From contig JAJXZP010000146.1 in assembly GCA_021779995.1 (NCBI GenBank), positions 8,202 to 72,201 on the forward strand: DNA of 64,000 nt. The letters run 5' to 3'. Origin of the DNA: a bacterium (lineage in GTDB: Bacteria; Spirochaetota; Spirochaetia; Treponematales; Rectinemataceae). Both the position numbers and the translations under genes were made by a program. Below, one piece after another: positions 44,614-56,298 of this stretch; the first letter of the stretch is position 1; each line of letters begins with the position of its first letter. The notes beneath the pieces are model-generated. The model was not told where the DNA came from. It did not search any database and saw only the letters and a list, made by a program, of their open reading frames with translations.

Positions 44614-45072
44614 TCAGATCGTCACGAGCTTGCCCGTGTCGATCTCCTGCACGAAGATGCGCTGGAAGCGCCCGGAGCTGTGGACGGCCCGCTGGCCGGG
44701 CGAGTAGGTCTCGGTGAAGAAGAACATGACGTCGTTCATGTCGGCCATCGATTCGGAATTGGTCCAGCGGTAGTAGATGCGATCGCGCCATTTGACGAGG
44801 ATGGAGAGGCGGAAGGGGTCCTTCTCGAGGGCGGGGTCGCATCTCTCCCGGAGCATGGCCCTGATGCCGCCGTACCAGGAGCGCTGGAGACAGAAGAGGT
44901 TGAGTTTGCCTTTTTCGTCCATATAATAGAGTTCGGCGATGCCGCCGATCGCCGGGGCCTTGGTGACGATGTCGTACTTGTCGGCCTTGGAGATTGGCGA
45001 CCAATGGACGGTGAAGAAGGCGTCGTCCTCCGCGCCCGCCGCGCGCTGGCCGCGACGAATGACGTAATCCAC
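44614..45072 (-). CDS. Hypothetical protein (152 aa), no family recognised
   Basis: The composition is protein-like (K, Y, W and F rich), unlike the opposite-strand frame, which is D/E/G/V/A/H rich. It ends 26 nt upstream of the GNAT gene on the same strand. Confidence 0.55.
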   Translation of the reverse strand: MDYVIRRGQRAAGAEDDAFFTVHWSPISKADKYDIVTKAPAIGGIAELYYMDEKGKLNLFCLQRSWYGGIRAMLRERCDPALEKDPFRLSILVKWRDRIYYRWTNSESMADMNDVMFFFTETYSPGQRAVHSSGRFQRIFVQEIDTGKLVTI

Positions 45073-45138
45073 GCGGTCATCATACCACGCGGGGCCGGAA
45101 CTAGGCTATTCTTGCCGTTCAGGAACGAGGGAGGCCAG

Positions 45139-46221
45139 GTGGCGCGACGGACTTCATTTTCGACCGAAGGCGCAGCGGGGAACGGCAAGCGGAAGGGCGT
45201 GATTCTCGGCATCGATATAGGCGGCACGAAGTGCGCCGTGACGATCGGGATCGAAGGCTCGCCGCCGGAGATTCTCCTACGGCGGAGCTTCGCCACGGCC
45301 GAGGCTCCCGATCCGGAGCAGGCGCTCCCGCGGCTCGCGCAGCTCTGTCGCGAGTCCCTCGCCGAGGTCTTCGCCGAGGTTGGCGGCGCCGTGGCCGGCG
45401 ACACCGTCGGCGCCGAGGCAGGCAACGAAGCCGGCGGCGCCGACCGCGCGGAACTTGCGGGGATCGGCATAAGCTGCGGGGGCCCGCTCGACTCGCGCCG
45501 AGGCATGATTCTCTCGCCGCCCAACCTTCCCGGCTGGAACGAGGTTCCCGTCGTACGATTTTTCGGCGATCGCTTCGACGTGCCGATACGGCTGCAGAAC
45601 GACGCCAACGCCTGCGCCCTGGCCGAGTGGCGCTGGGGAGCCGCCCGAGGTTCGCGCAGCGCGATTTTCCTCACCTTCGGCACGGGCCTGGGCGCAGGCA
45701 TCGTGCTGGACGGGCAGCTCTACGACGGGGTGAGTTCGATGGCGGGAGAGGTGGGGCACCTCAGACTCGCGGACTTCGGGCCGGTGGGCTACGGCAAGGC
45801 CGGCTCCTGGGAGGGCTTCTGCTCGGGCGGCGGCATAGCCCAGCTGGCCCGCAGCCTGGCCCTCGAGAAGCTTCAGGCCGGCGAGTCGGTCGGTTTCTGT
45901 CGCGGGGTCGAAGATCTCGAGCGCATCGACGCCAAGGCGACCGCGGAGGCCGCCTTGGCCGGAGACCCGGTCGCCGCCTCGGTCTTCGAGTTGAGCGGTT
46001 CGTATCTGGGCAGGGGGCTCTCCCTGCTCATCGACATCCTGAATCCCGAGACGATCGTTGTAGGCGGCATCTTCGCCCGCTGCGAGGCTCTGCTGCGGCC
46101 CGCCATGGAGCGGGTGATCGAGCGGGAGAGCCTTTCCCGCAGCAGGGCGGTTTGTTCCATCGTTCCCGCCGCGCTTGGCGAAAACGTGGGGGACTATGCC
46201 GCCCTCGCCCTGGCTCAGTAG
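45139..46221 (+). CDS. ROK-family sugar kinase (glucokinase/N-acetylglucosamine-kinase-like)
   Basis: GTG start at 45139 after GAGGGAGG. ILGIDIGGTKCAV, NDANACALAEWRWG, GTGLGAGIVLDG, GEVGH and the FCSGGG context are present. Confidence 0.8.
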   Translation: MARRTSFSTEGAAGNGKRKGVILGIDIGGTKCAVTIGIEGSPPEILLRRSFATAEAPDPEQALPRLAQLCRESLAEVFAEVGGAVAGDTVGAEAGNEAGGADRAELAGIGISCGGPLDSRRGMILSPPNLPGWNEVPVVRFFGDRFDVPIRLQNDANACALAEWRWGAARGSRSAIFLTFGTGLGAGIVLDGQLYDGVSSMAGEVGHLRLADFGPVGYGKAGSWEGFCSGGGIAQLARSLALEKLQAGESVGFCRGVEDLERIDAKATAEAALAGDPVAASVFELSGSYLGRGLSLLIDILNPETIVVGGIFARCEALLRPAMERVIERESLSRSRAVCSIVPAALGENVGDYAALALAQ

Positions 46222-46359
46222 TGTGACGAATCCTCGTGATAGCGCCACATATCGTGGGTTGGAGAAGCACCTTCGGTCGAAGCTGCCGCGATGGACGGAA
46301 TCGTCATTAAGCGGCGGAACACCCAAAAAATCGACGACAAGGAAATGGAGGCTTGCATC

Positions 46360-47013
46360 ATGAAGCGCACGGCGGTGAAAATCCTCGACGATCTGGTACG
46401 GCGCCGGTCCGAACTCGGGCCCTGCGCAGGGGAGCTCCGGGCAGCCTTCGACCTGCTCGCGGCAGGCTTCGCGGGGGGCGGGAAGCTCCTGGTCTGCGGC
46501 AACGGCGGCAGCGCGGCCGACGCCGAGCATATCGTGGGCGAGCTGATGAAGGGTTTTCTCCTGCGGCGGCCCCTCGACGCCGGGCGGCTGGCCGCGCTGG
46601 AGCGGACGGTTCCCGGCGACTGGCGGGCCTTCGCGGCCTCGCTGCAGCTCGCCCTTCCCGCCATAGCTCTGACGGGCCACCCCTCGCTTACGACCGCCTT
46701 CGCCAACGACGTGGCGGCCGACATGGTCTTCGCGCAGCAGGTGCTGGGCTACGGCAAGGAAGGCGACGTCTTCCTGGGCATATCGACTTCGGGTTCGTCG
46801 CGCAATGTGCTGAACGCCGCTCTTGCGGCCAAGGCCTTCGGCCTGCGCGTCCTCGCCCTCACCGGGAATTCCGGGGGGAGCCTGGCCGGCCTCGCCGATG
46901 TCTGCATTCGGGCCCCCGAGCGGGAGACCTACCTCGTCCAGGAGGCGCACGAGAGCCTCTACCATGCGCTCTGCGCCGCCCTCGAGGAGGAGTCCTTCGG
47001 CGCGCCGGACTGA
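46360..47013 (+). CDS. gmhA: SIS-domain phosphoheptose isomerase (GmhA/DiaA family)
   Basis: LLVCGNGGSAADAEHIVGELMKGF and GISTSGSSRNVL are present. ATG 46360 is preceded by GGAGG. Confidence 0.8.
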   Translation: MKRTAVKILDDLVRRRSELGPCAGELRAAFDLLAAGFAGGGKLLVCGNGGSAADAEHIVGELMKGFLLRRPLDAGRLAALERTVPGDWRAFAASLQLALPAIALTGHPSLTTAFANDVAADMVFAQQVLGYGKEGDVFLGISTSGSSRNVLNAALAAKAFGLRVLALTGNSGGSLAGLADVCIRAPERETYLVQEAHESLYHALCAALEEESFGAPD

Positions 47014-47050
47014 AGGTCCCCGCGGCGCGCGCGCTTCCGGCCCGGCTCGA

Positions 47051-47079
47051 TTGACAGCCTCGGCACCTTTGGGGATACT
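47051..47079 (+). promoter_or_regulatory. Candidate sigma-70 promoter for pyrG, implying a (near-)leaderless transcript
   Basis: TTGACA (47051-47056), a 17-nt spacer, then GATACT (47074-47079). The ATG is at 47088, only 8 nt after the -10 element, with no Shine-Dalgarno sequence at normal spacing. Confidence 0.35.
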
Positions 47080-47087
47080 GAAACCCC

Positions 47088-48711
<1,624 letters not shown>

Positions 48712-48725
<14 letters not shown>

Positions 48726-49353
48726 ACGGCCGCGGGGCGCCGCGCTCGCCGCGGTGTCCCCGTTTTCGCCCCGAGCGAACCTGCTCGGAGCCGCGGCGCT
48801 CGCCGCGGCCGCGCTCGGAGCGGCGCTTTTGGGGTCCTGTCGCTTCAACTACGGGCCGGCCGGCGCCGCGCGGAACACGTCGGCTTCGCCGACGGCGGTG
48901 TTCGTGAACTACCGGCACAATGTCGTCACGCACGGGGCGCTTTCCTTCAGGCTTACTGCCACGCGCGCCGAGACCTTCGACAGCGAGAAGAAGACCGTCC
49001 TGCAGGATGTACGGTTCGCCGAGTACGACCCCGACACGGGAGCACTCGTCTCTCGCGGGAGGGCGGACTCGGCCGTCTACCACTCCGACAGCGGCGACGC
49101 GGATTTCTCGGGCGACGTCCGCCTCGAATCCAAGCGGCAGGATGCGATTCTCGTCGGGGATTCCCTGCACTGGGACGACAAGGCCAAACGGCTCACCGGG
49201 CCGCTCGACAGGACGGTGACGATCAGCCGCAGCGACGGTTCCTTCGTGAGCGGGGCGGGCTTCGAAGCCGAGGCTCTCAGCCGGTCCTTCGCGTTTCGGG
49301 GCAGCGTCTCGGGCGAACTCGTCGGGAAGCCGGCGACCGAGGGGGCACGGTGA
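48712..49353 (+). CDS. lptC: LPS export system protein LptC-like
   Basis: Membrane anchor or possible lipobox (AALGAALLGSC) followed by an OstA/LptC-fold pattern (VLQDVRFAEYD...ADSAVYHSDSGDADFSGDVRLES). It sits directly upstream of lptA-lptB. The start (48688 or 48712) is uncertain. Confidence 0.65.
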
Positions 49354-50168
49354 GGCTCAGGATGCGGCCGCGACCGAGGGCCCCTGCGGCAGTGTTCGCG
49401 GCCTGCTTCGCGCTCCTGGCCGCCGCGGGAGTCTGGCCCGACAGCGTGAGCTTCAGCGCCGACAGCGTCGAGAGCGTGCTCGCCAAGGGCAGGGAGCACA
49501 CGATTCTCTCGGGGCGAGCGCGGGTGACCACGGGCAAGGTCTCCATCTCGGCGGACCGGATCGAGCTTTTCGGCAAGGACTTCCAGTATATGCAATGCTC
49601 GGGCTCGGTCATTGTCCGGGACGAGGACTCCGGCATCACCCTCCGCTCGCCCGAGCTCTACTACGACCGCGAGCTGAAACTGAGCCGGGCCACGGGACCC
49701 TCGGTCCTCGAGGACGCGAAGAACAAGCTGGTGCTCAAGGCCGAGTGGATCGAGAACGACGGGGAGAACGAGGTGATGGTCGCGCAGGTGGCCGTGCGAA
49801 TCTTGAAGGAGGACCTGGCCTGCCGGGCCGAGTACGCGATCTATCGCCGGAAGGACAAGCACCTCGAACTGACGGGCGCGCCCTCGGCCGACAAGAGCGG
49901 CGACGTGTACCATGCCGCGAGGATCGTCGTGAATACCGACACCGAGGAAATCACCCTCGAGGGCGACGTCGGCGGGACGATTGTTTCGAGTTCGAAGAAG
50001 GAATCCGGGGCCGCCACGAAGCCTTCCGCGCCGGACTCCGGCTCGGCTCCCGTTTCGCCCCCCGGCGGGCCGGGGCCGGCGACTACTTCGACGCCCGCTT
50101 CGGGGCCGGCGACCACATCGACGCCCGCTATTCCGGAAGCTTCTTCGGGACAGGGGTCACCGCCATGA
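49350..50168 (+). CDS. lptA: LPS transport periplasmic protein LptA-like (OstA N-terminal fold) with Pro/Thr/Ser-rich tail
   Basis: The GTG start overlaps the lptC stop (GTGA). Signal peptide, then FSADSVESVLAKGREHTILSGRARVTTGKVSISADRIELF. The tail contains a duplicated GPATTSTPA. Confidence 0.7.
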   Translation: MRLRMRPRPRAPAAVFAACFALLAAAGVWPDSVSFSADSVESVLAKGREHTILSGRARVTTGKVSISADRIELFGKDFQYMQCSGSVIVRDEDSGITLRSPELYYDRELKLSRATGPSVLEDAKNKLVLKAEWIENDGENEVMVAQVAVRILKEDLACRAEYAIYRRKDKHLELTGAPSADKSGDVYHAARIVVNTDTEEITLEGDVGGTIVSSSKKESGAATKPSAPDSGSAPVSPPGGPGPATTSTPASGPATTSTPAIPEASSGQGSPP

Positions 50169-50908
50169 ACATCGGCCAAGACGCCCATACGCTCGAAGTT
50201 CGCGAGCTGCGCAAGATCTACGGGAAAAAAGTGGCGGTCGCCTCGGTCGATTTTTCCATGTCGACGGGCGAGATCGTGGGGCTTCTCGGTCCGAACGGGG
50301 CGGGCAAGACCACCGTCTTCTATATGATCGTGGGCTTCATCAGGCCAACCCGCGGCCGCGTCGGCCTGGACCGCCACGACATCACCGGGCTACCCATGTA
50401 CCGGAGGGCGCGGCTCGGGATCGCCTACCTCCCGCAGGAGCCCTCGGTCTTTCGCAAGCTTTCGGTCGAGGACAATGTGCGCGCCGTGCTCGAAACGCGC
50501 GAAGATCTCGACAAAACGCGACGGCGTGCCATTCTTGAAGAGCTTCTCGAGGAATTCGGCATCGCAGAGATACGGCGGCAGAAAGCATATACGCTTTCCG
50601 GCGGAGAACGGCGACGGACGGAAATAGCGAGGGCTCTCGCCCTCGATCCGAAATTCCTTCTGCTCGACGAGCCATTCGCCGGGATAGACCCGATAGCCGT
50701 CTATGAGATCAAGCGCATAGTCCTCCGGCTCTCCGAGGCCGGCATCGGGGTACTCATCACGGACCATAACGTCCGCGACACTTTGGAGATAACCCAAAGG
50801 GCTCATGTGATAAATCTCGGCAGCATAGTAGTTTCTGGCGATCGTGATACGGTGCTGGCCTCCGATGTGGCTAGGAAAATCTACTTAGGCGAGGAATTTC
50901 GCATGTAA
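50165..50908 (+). CDS. lptB: LPS export ABC transporter ATP-binding protein
   Basis: The ATG overlaps the lptA stop (ATGA). GLLGPNGAGKTT (Walker A), GIAYLPQEPSVFRKLSVEDN, LSGGERRR and LLLDEPFAG are present. Confidence 0.9.
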   Translation: MNIGQDAHTLEVRELRKIYGKKVAVASVDFSMSTGEIVGLLGPNGAGKTTVFYMIVGFIRPTRGRVGLDRHDITGLPMYRRARLGIAYLPQEPSVFRKLSVEDNVRAVLETREDLDKTRRRAILEELLEEFGIAEIRRQKAYTLSGGERRRTEIARALALDPKFLLLDEPFAGIDPIAVYEIKRIVLRLSEAGIGVLITDHNVRDTLEITQRAHVINLGSIVVSGDRDTVLASDVARKIYLGEEFRM

Positions 50909-51117
50909 GGGCTTCCAGTTGGCACGGTTGACGTGCTTGTACGCATCTCGATATAGTGGCACCTAGATATAATGCCGGCGTATGAGCTTGGCGTTCCTCT
51001 TCGGCCTCCCCACTCCTGTTTCTGCGCATCGAGTTGACGGCGCGATTCGGGCATGCTACATTTATATCTGCCCCGTTTGGGATTCCACATCATCACCAGC
51101 GCGCTTACGGAAGACAG

Positions 51118-51909
51118 ATGCAGTATTTCGACACTCATGCCCACATCGGGCTCATTTTCGATGACCCGATAGAACAACTTTTGGTGTGCCAGGAGGCCAA
51201 GCAAGCCGGCGTCACCAAGATCGTCAGCATCTGCAACAGCCTCATGGACTTTCGTCAGGTCTACGATAATCTCAAGACGCTCGAGCACGTCTATCACGCC
51301 GTGGGGGTTTCCCCCTCCGAGGTCCAGAATCCTGGTAAGGAGTGGCACCGTACGATCGAGGATGCCTCCAAGCTCCCCCGCGTGATAGCTCTCGGCGAGA
51401 TAGGCCTCGACTACTTCCACCGCTTCGGCGACCGCAACAGCCAGATCGAGCTGTTCATCGACCAGCTCGAACTCGCCGCCAGGCTCGACCTCCCCGTCAT
51501 CGTCCACAATCGGGAGGCCGGCAAGGACGTCCTCGACATACTCCGCGATAGGATGCCTCCCGCCGGGGCGGTGTTCCATTGCTATTCCGAAGACGCCGAG
51601 TACGCCCGCCGGGCCCTCGAGCTCGAATTGAACGTCTATTTTTCCTTTGCCGGCAATCTCACCTACCGGAATGCGCGCAATCTCCACGATACAGTGCGGG
51701 TCGTCCCGCTCGAGCGCATTCTCATAGAGAGCGAGGCACCCTTCATGGTGCCGGCCGATTACCGCGGCAGGCGCAACAAGCCCGAGTATCTGCCGTCGAC
51801 GGCCGCCTTCCTCGCCGAGCTTCTGGAGATGGATCCGGAAGGAGTGGCGCGCACGCTCTATGAGAATGCCTGCCGTTTCTTCCGACTGCCGGTGCCGGTC
51901 TGGACCTGA
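51118..51909 (+). CDS. TatD-family metal-dependent hydrolase
   Basis: MQYFDTHAHI start, GEIGLDY, VIVHNREA and ESEAPFM motifs. The start was moved to ATG 51118. Confidence 0.85.
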   Translation: MQYFDTHAHIGLIFDDPIEQLLVCQEAKQAGVTKIVSICNSLMDFRQVYDNLKTLEHVYHAVGVSPSEVQNPGKEWHRTIEDASKLPRVIALGEIGLDYFHRFGDRNSQIELFIDQLELAARLDLPVIVHNREAGKDVLDILRDRMPPAGAVFHCYSEDAEYARRALELELNVYFSFAGNLTYRNARNLHDTVRVVPLERILIESEAPFMVPADYRGRRNKPEYLPSTAAFLAELLEMDPEGVARTLYENACRFFRLPVPVWT

Positions 51910-51964
51910 GGGAGCGATTAGGAAGATTCCGTTCGGATTGAATCGAACACAGAGTCGTCGAGAA

Positions 51965-53062
51965 ATGAACGATGCTCCTGCCCTTCATCATGGCGTGCGC
52001 ATAGGCGAGCTCGAGCTGCCGGGGAATCTCTTCCTCGCGCCGGTGGCCGGTTATTCGGACGCCGCGTTCCGCTCGGTGTGCGTCGAGCAGGGTGCCGATC
52101 TTTGCTATACCGAGATGGTCAGCTCGGAAGCGCTTACGAGGGACCATCCCGCGACCAAGGAACTGCTGGCGAGGGCGAAGAACGAAAAGCTGTACGCCGT
52201 CCAGCTTTTCGGCTCCCGGCCCGAGACCCTGGCCAAGGCGGCGGTCCTCCTTCTGCCGTGGAAGCCCGCGGTGATCGACCTTAACTGCGGGTGCCCCGTT
52301 CCCAAGATCGTGCGCTCGGGCGCCGGCTCGGCCCTGATGCGGAGCCCCGAAACCATTCGAGACATAGTGAGCGCCATGCGATCTTCCTTGGCGGCGGCCG
52401 GGGCTTCCCGAATACCGGTGACCGTCAAGATCCGCACGGGCTGGGATTCTGAGAGCGTGAATTACCTCGAGGCCGCGCATGCGGCCGTGGAAGGCGGCGC
52501 CGCGGCCGTCACCCTCCATGCCCGGACCAGGGTGCAGGGCTATAGCGGCAGGGCGGACTGGTCTCGGATCGCCGAGCTCGCGAGCGCCTTCGACCTGCCC
52601 GTGTTCGGGTCGGGAGACGTGTTCCGGCCCGAGGACGCGGCCCGCATGTTGAGGGAGACGAAATGCGCCGGGGTCATGGTCGCTCGCGGCGCCATGGGAA
52701 ACCCCTTCATTTTCCGGGAAGCTCGCGCCCTGCTCGGGGGAGACCCGATTCCGGGCGCGGGCGTCGCCGAGCGCGCGAGCATCGCCCGGAAGCATCTCGA
52801 ACTCTCCACGAAATTTCTCGGAGAACGGCGTGCCTGCGTGGAGTTCCGCAAGCAATTCTGCTCCTACACGAAGGGCATGGCCTTCGGGGCCGAGCTGCGC
52901 TACGAGGCCGTCCGCTCCTCGAGCCTCGCGGAGTTCGGCTTATTGTTCGACCGCTGGGTCGCCATGGCCGGCGGCGCGGCCGAAGCCAGCGGCGCGGCCG
53001 GGCCACCTCCCGGGGCGAGGGATGAGTTCAGCGCTCAGGGCGAGGGCGATTTCTTGATGTAG
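51965..53062 (+). CDS. tRNA-dihydrouridine synthase
   Basis: LFLAPVAGYSDAAFR, DLNCGCPVPKIV, VTVKIRTGW and VTLHARTR are present. The start is at ATG 51965. Confidence 0.85.
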   Translation: MNDAPALHHGVRIGELELPGNLFLAPVAGYSDAAFRSVCVEQGADLCYTEMVSSEALTRDHPATKELLARAKNEKLYAVQLFGSRPETLAKAAVLLLPWKPAVIDLNCGCPVPKIVRSGAGSALMRSPETIRDIVSAMRSSLAAAGASRIPVTVKIRTGWDSESVNYLEAAHAAVEGGAAAVTLHARTRVQGYSGRADWSRIAELASAFDLPVFGSGDVFRPEDAARMLRETKCAGVMVARGAMGNPFIFREARALLGGDPIPGAGVAERASIARKHLELSTKFLGERRACVEFRKQFCSYTKGMAFGAELRYEAVRSSSLAEFGLLFDRWVAMAGGAAEASGAAGPPPGARDEFSAQGEGDFLM

Positions 53063-54321
53063 TCCGCGATCTTCGCCGCAAGCTCGCGGCCGAGATCCCC
53101 CGGCGGCGAGCCGCCGGGGCGGCCGGTCACCGCAGTCAGCCACGGCGCCACGACCGACCGCTTAAGCTGAGGCCAGTCGCTGGGCAGCTCGGGCGGTGCG
53201 GACATCGCCGCGGCGGGAGGCAGATGCCCCACCAGCGCCGGATAGAAGAGAGGATAGACTTTCTCATCGACCGATCGGAGCGAGGAGAAGCCTCCGGCGA
53301 TCCCGAAGAAACTTTCGAGGGCTCGGGCCCGCCGCTCGCTTTCGAGTATTTCGCGCTGGGATTTCTCCGTGAAAAACCACTTGAGGAAGGCTTCGGCGGC
53401 AGTCCTGCCGCCGCCCGAACGGAGAAGCCCGGCGAGCACGATCCGCACCGAGATCGGCACCGAGCCCGAGTGGGCGAACCAGCGATAATCCAGGGTGCGG
53501 CGCTTTTCCTCGGGGATGAGAAAGAAGCTGTCCGAGTCTACATAGGCGAAGAGGCTGCGTCCTGCGGATACGTATTGGTAGGCGGGAGTGAACAGATACT
53601 TGAACTGGAAATCGTCTTCGAGCGAGGAGGGGCCGTTGACCGAGGTCGTCCAAGCCCGGATGGCGGCGACCGCGGATCGAAGCCCTTGCTGGTTCCAGTC
53701 CAGGGGCAGGCCTTCGCGGAAGTCGGCCCCTGCCGCATCGACGGCAAGCGTGAGGAAGTCGCCGTCCCAGCGGGGCGAGAAGCCCATGCGGACATAGGCG
53801 GCGCCTTCGGTCCGATTGAAGGCTTTCGAGAGCCCCGCCATATCGTCCAGGCCGAGAAGGAAGTCGTTCTTGATTCCGCGAGTGCCGCGCGGAAAGATAA
53901 TGGCCGGCAGGTTGAAGGAAACCGGTAGTAGAATCTGCCTGCCCCCGACCTTGCCGAAGGCGAGCAGCTCGTTATAGAAGACGGACGGATTGACGGCGAG
54001 CTCGCCGAAGAGATAATTCAGAGATAGAAAACGGCCACGGATGTCCCGACTTTTGAGGTAATGGCCGATCGCCAAAGCCGGCGGCGTTTCGGTCTGGCGG
54101 ATGGCCGTGACGAGATCGGCTTTCCACTGGACCTCGACCAGGAATCGCTGCTGGGAATCGTTGAAGAGTTCGGCGCAGTATGCGATCTCCGGCACGTCGG
54201 TCCAGATCATGGCGGGTTTGGTGTCGACGAGCGAGCAGGAGCAGAGGGCCGATGCGCCTGCGCCGATCGCGATCGCCGCCGCTAGTACGGCTATCCGACG
54301 CGGCAGCGAAGGTCTGTTCAT
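53035..54321 (-). CDS. Putative lipoprotein, periplasmic substrate-binding-like
   Basis: 428-aa ORF with signal plus lipobox (AAAIAIGAGASALCSC). I recognise no catalytic motifs. It converges on and overlaps the dus 3' end by 28 nt. Confidence 0.55.
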   Translation of the reverse strand: MNRPSLPRRIAVLAAAIAIGAGASALCSCSLVDTKPAMIWTDVPEIAYCAELFNDSQQRFLVEVQWKADLVTAIRQTETPPALAIGHYLKSRDIRGRFLSLNYLFGELAVNPSVFYNELLAFGKVGGRQILLPVSFNLPAIIFPRGTRGIKNDFLLGLDDMAGLSKAFNRTEGAAYVRMGFSPRWDGDFLTLAVDAAGADFREGLPLDWNQQGLRSAVAAIRAWTTSVNGPSSLEDDFQFKYLFTPAYQYVSAGRSLFAYVDSDSFFLIPEEKRRTLDYRWFAHSGSVPISVRIVLAGLLRSGGGRTAAEAFLKWFFTEKSQREILESERRARALESFFGIAGGFSSLRSVDEKVYPLFYPALVGHLPPAAAMSAPPELPSDWPQLKRSVVAPWLTAVTGRPGGSPPGDLGRELAAKIADYIKKSPSP

Positions 54322-54350
54322 GGGGCAACGATATACGGAGGATCGAGGCG

Positions 54351-55322
54351 ATGCAAGTCGCCAGACCGCCCGAGTTCGGGCACACCGAGGCTTCTCGATT
54401 CAATCGCCACGCCGACAGGTTGCGGGAGCGCCATGGCGAGCGAGTCTGGCGGGTGGGCGTGGACGGCGGTTTCTCCTGTCCGCACCGGATCGCCGGACGA
54501 GGAGCCGGCGGCTGCACGTACTGCGCACCTTCCGCGGGCGCGGCGACCTACCTCGGGGCCGGGGCCCGCGAAAATCTCGATAGCCAGATCGAGCGGGGCT
54601 TGTCGTTCCTGCGCCGCCGCTACGCCGCCCGCGCTTTTTTCCTGTACTTCCAGGCGTACTCGTCCACCAACGCCCCTCCGGAGCGTCTACGCGCCGTCTA
54701 CGAGGAAGGCCTCGCCCATGGAGGCGGCGCCCTGTTCCGCGGACTCGTCGTTTCGACCCGACCCGACTGTGTGGATGAGGAAAAAGCCGAGCTTCTGGCC
54801 TCCTTTGCCGCCGGAGGCCTGGAAGTCTGGGTCGAGCTCGGATTGCAGAGCGCGCACGATCGCACGCTGGCGCGAATCAGGCGAGGGCACGACTTCGCCG
54901 CCTTCGAACGGGCGCGTCGCCGGCTGGAGTTGCCGGGATTGAGGACGGCGGCCCATCTCATCCTGGGGCTGCCGGGGGAATCCCGCTCGGACATGGTCGC
55001 CAGCGCCCGCGCCGCGGCGGAGCTCGGACTCGAGGGGGTCAAGTTCCACGATCTGCAGCTGGCCCGAGGCTCGGCCCTCGCGGCCGAATATCTGGCCGGC
55101 GAGATATCGCTGTGGGATCGGCGCTCTCTGCCTGCCGTGGTGGCGGACTGCCTCGAGGTCCTGCCGCCGGAATGCGAAGTGATACGATTGTGCGCCGACA
55201 TGCCGGCCGGCGAGCGGCTGGCGCCGAGGTTCGTCGCGGACAAGACCAAGATGTACGAGGCAGTCGAGGCGGAACTCGTCTCGCGCGGGACGCGACAGGG
55301 CTCGGCTCGGGGCCGCGGCTGA
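54351..55322 (+). CDS. Radical SAM protein (TIGR01212/YhcC-like family)
   Basis: DGGFSCPHRIAGRGAGGCTYCA is an iron-sulfur/SAM cluster motif variant typical of this family. ATG 54351 follows GGAGGA. Confidence 0.7.
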   Translation: MQVARPPEFGHTEASRFNRHADRLRERHGERVWRVGVDGGFSCPHRIAGRGAGGCTYCAPSAGAATYLGAGARENLDSQIERGLSFLRRRYAARAFFLYFQAYSSTNAPPERLRAVYEEGLAHGGGALFRGLVVSTRPDCVDEEKAELLASFAAGGLEVWVELGLQSAHDRTLARIRRGHDFAAFERARRRLELPGLRTAAHLILGLPGESRSDMVASARAAAELGLEGVKFHDLQLARGSALAAEYLAGEISLWDRRSLPAVVADCLEVLPPECEVIRLCADMPAGERLAPRFVADKTKMYEAVEAELVSRGTRQGSARGRG

Positions 55323-55404
55323 ACGGAGCCGCGCCGCGTTTATCGACGACGGAGCGGAGAATCGGTAGCGCAAGCGGCGATAGCTGCTGTATACTGACTG
55401 TGCA

Positions 55405-55893
55405 ATGCAAGTGAAGAACCCCGAGATATTTTCGGTCATAGAGTCGATCGGCGATCACTATCGCACGAATATTTCCAATCGATTCACGCGCCGGGCGCTC
55501 TCCTCCATGACTCTCGATCCGGGGACCTGGAACCTCATCGAGGAGCTCACCGAGAAGGCGGAAAACTACCGCTACCAGGGCTACCATCTCGACGAGCTCT
55601 ATTCCCAGATACTCGCCGCGGCCCGGTTCGTCTACCAGGCCAAGCGTCAGATACTTCCCAACCTGCGCTACCTCGCCTCGGGATCCGTCGGAAGCCGCAT
55701 GGCCGAGACGGACACGGTTCTGCGCGAGATGGCGGTGAACAACTTCGGGCCCAATCTCAAGATACTCGCCGACAAGCTCAACGAGCTCTATGTGAAGGTC
55801 GCGGCCCTCGACAAGGAATCTGCGGGGCAAAAACCGGCCGTGTACACGACTATCACCGAGCTCCGCGAAATCGGACGATATTTGATCGAATGA
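55405..55893 (+). CDS. Hypothetical protein (162 aa), predicted mostly helical
   Basis: Protein-like composition; I recognise no family. TATACT lies 9 nt upstream of the ATG, and there is no Shine-Dalgarno sequence. Confidence 0.5.
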   Translation: MQVKNPEIFSVIESIGDHYRTNISNRFTRRALSSMTLDPGTWNLIEELTEKAENYRYQGYHLDELYSQILAAARFVYQAKRQILPNLRYLASGSVGSRMAETDTVLREMAVNNFGPNLKILADKLNELYVKVAALDKESAGQKPAVYTTITELREIGRYLIE

Positions 55894-55901
55894 GCCCCAG
55901 C

Positions 55902-55930
55902 TTGACAATCCATCGGTTTTCCCCTATCGT
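55902..55930 (+). promoter_or_regulatory. Candidate sigma-70 promoter for the tRNA cluster
   Basis: TTGACA (55902-55907), a 17-nt spacer, then TATCGT (55925-55930). It lies about 37 nt upstream of the first tRNA. Confidence 0.45.
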
Positions 55931-55966
55931 GGACTACCGTCGGCTTAGGTCGATGCCACAATTTTA

Positions 55967-56051
55967 GGAGCGGTGTCCGAGCGGTTTAAGGAGACGGTCT
56001 TGAAAACCGTTGTACCGTCAGGTACCGAGGGTTCGAATCCCTCCTGCTCCG
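55967..56051 (+). tRNA. tRNA-Ser (TGA anticodon)
   Basis: GGAGCGGTGTCCGAGCGG... with anticodon loop CTTGAAA, a long variable arm and T-loop GGTTCGAATCC. Confidence 0.9.
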
Positions 56052-56068
56052 CGAACGTGGGTATGAAT

Positions 56069-56156
<88 letters not shown>

Positions 56157-56215
56157 GAGAATGCAAAGTTCCTTAGAAGCGAGAGGGGTATTCGAATTTC
56201 CCTCTCCGTTTACTC

Positions 56216-56289
56216 GAGGCTATAGCTCAGCTGGATAGAGCATCAGATTGCGGATCTGAAGGTCGGCGGTTCGAATCCACTTAGCCTCA
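56216..56289 (+). tRNA. tRNA-Arg (GCG anticodon as read; one C-A mismatch in the T-stem)
   Basis: GAGGCTATAGCTCAGCTGGATAGAGCATCAGATTGCGGATCTGAAGGTCGGCGGTTCGAATCCACTTAGCCTCA. The D-arm is identical to that of E. coli tRNA-Arg. The anticodon loop is TTGCGGA. Confidence 0.8.
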
Positions 56290-56298
56290 ATCGTCTAT

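Noticed and set aside
50923-50975. Two TGGCAC hexamers after lptB as sigma-54 promoters
   Set aside because: Neither has a TTGC -12 element at the required 5-nt spacing. The first reads TGGCACggttgACGTGC and the second TGGCACctagaTATAA.
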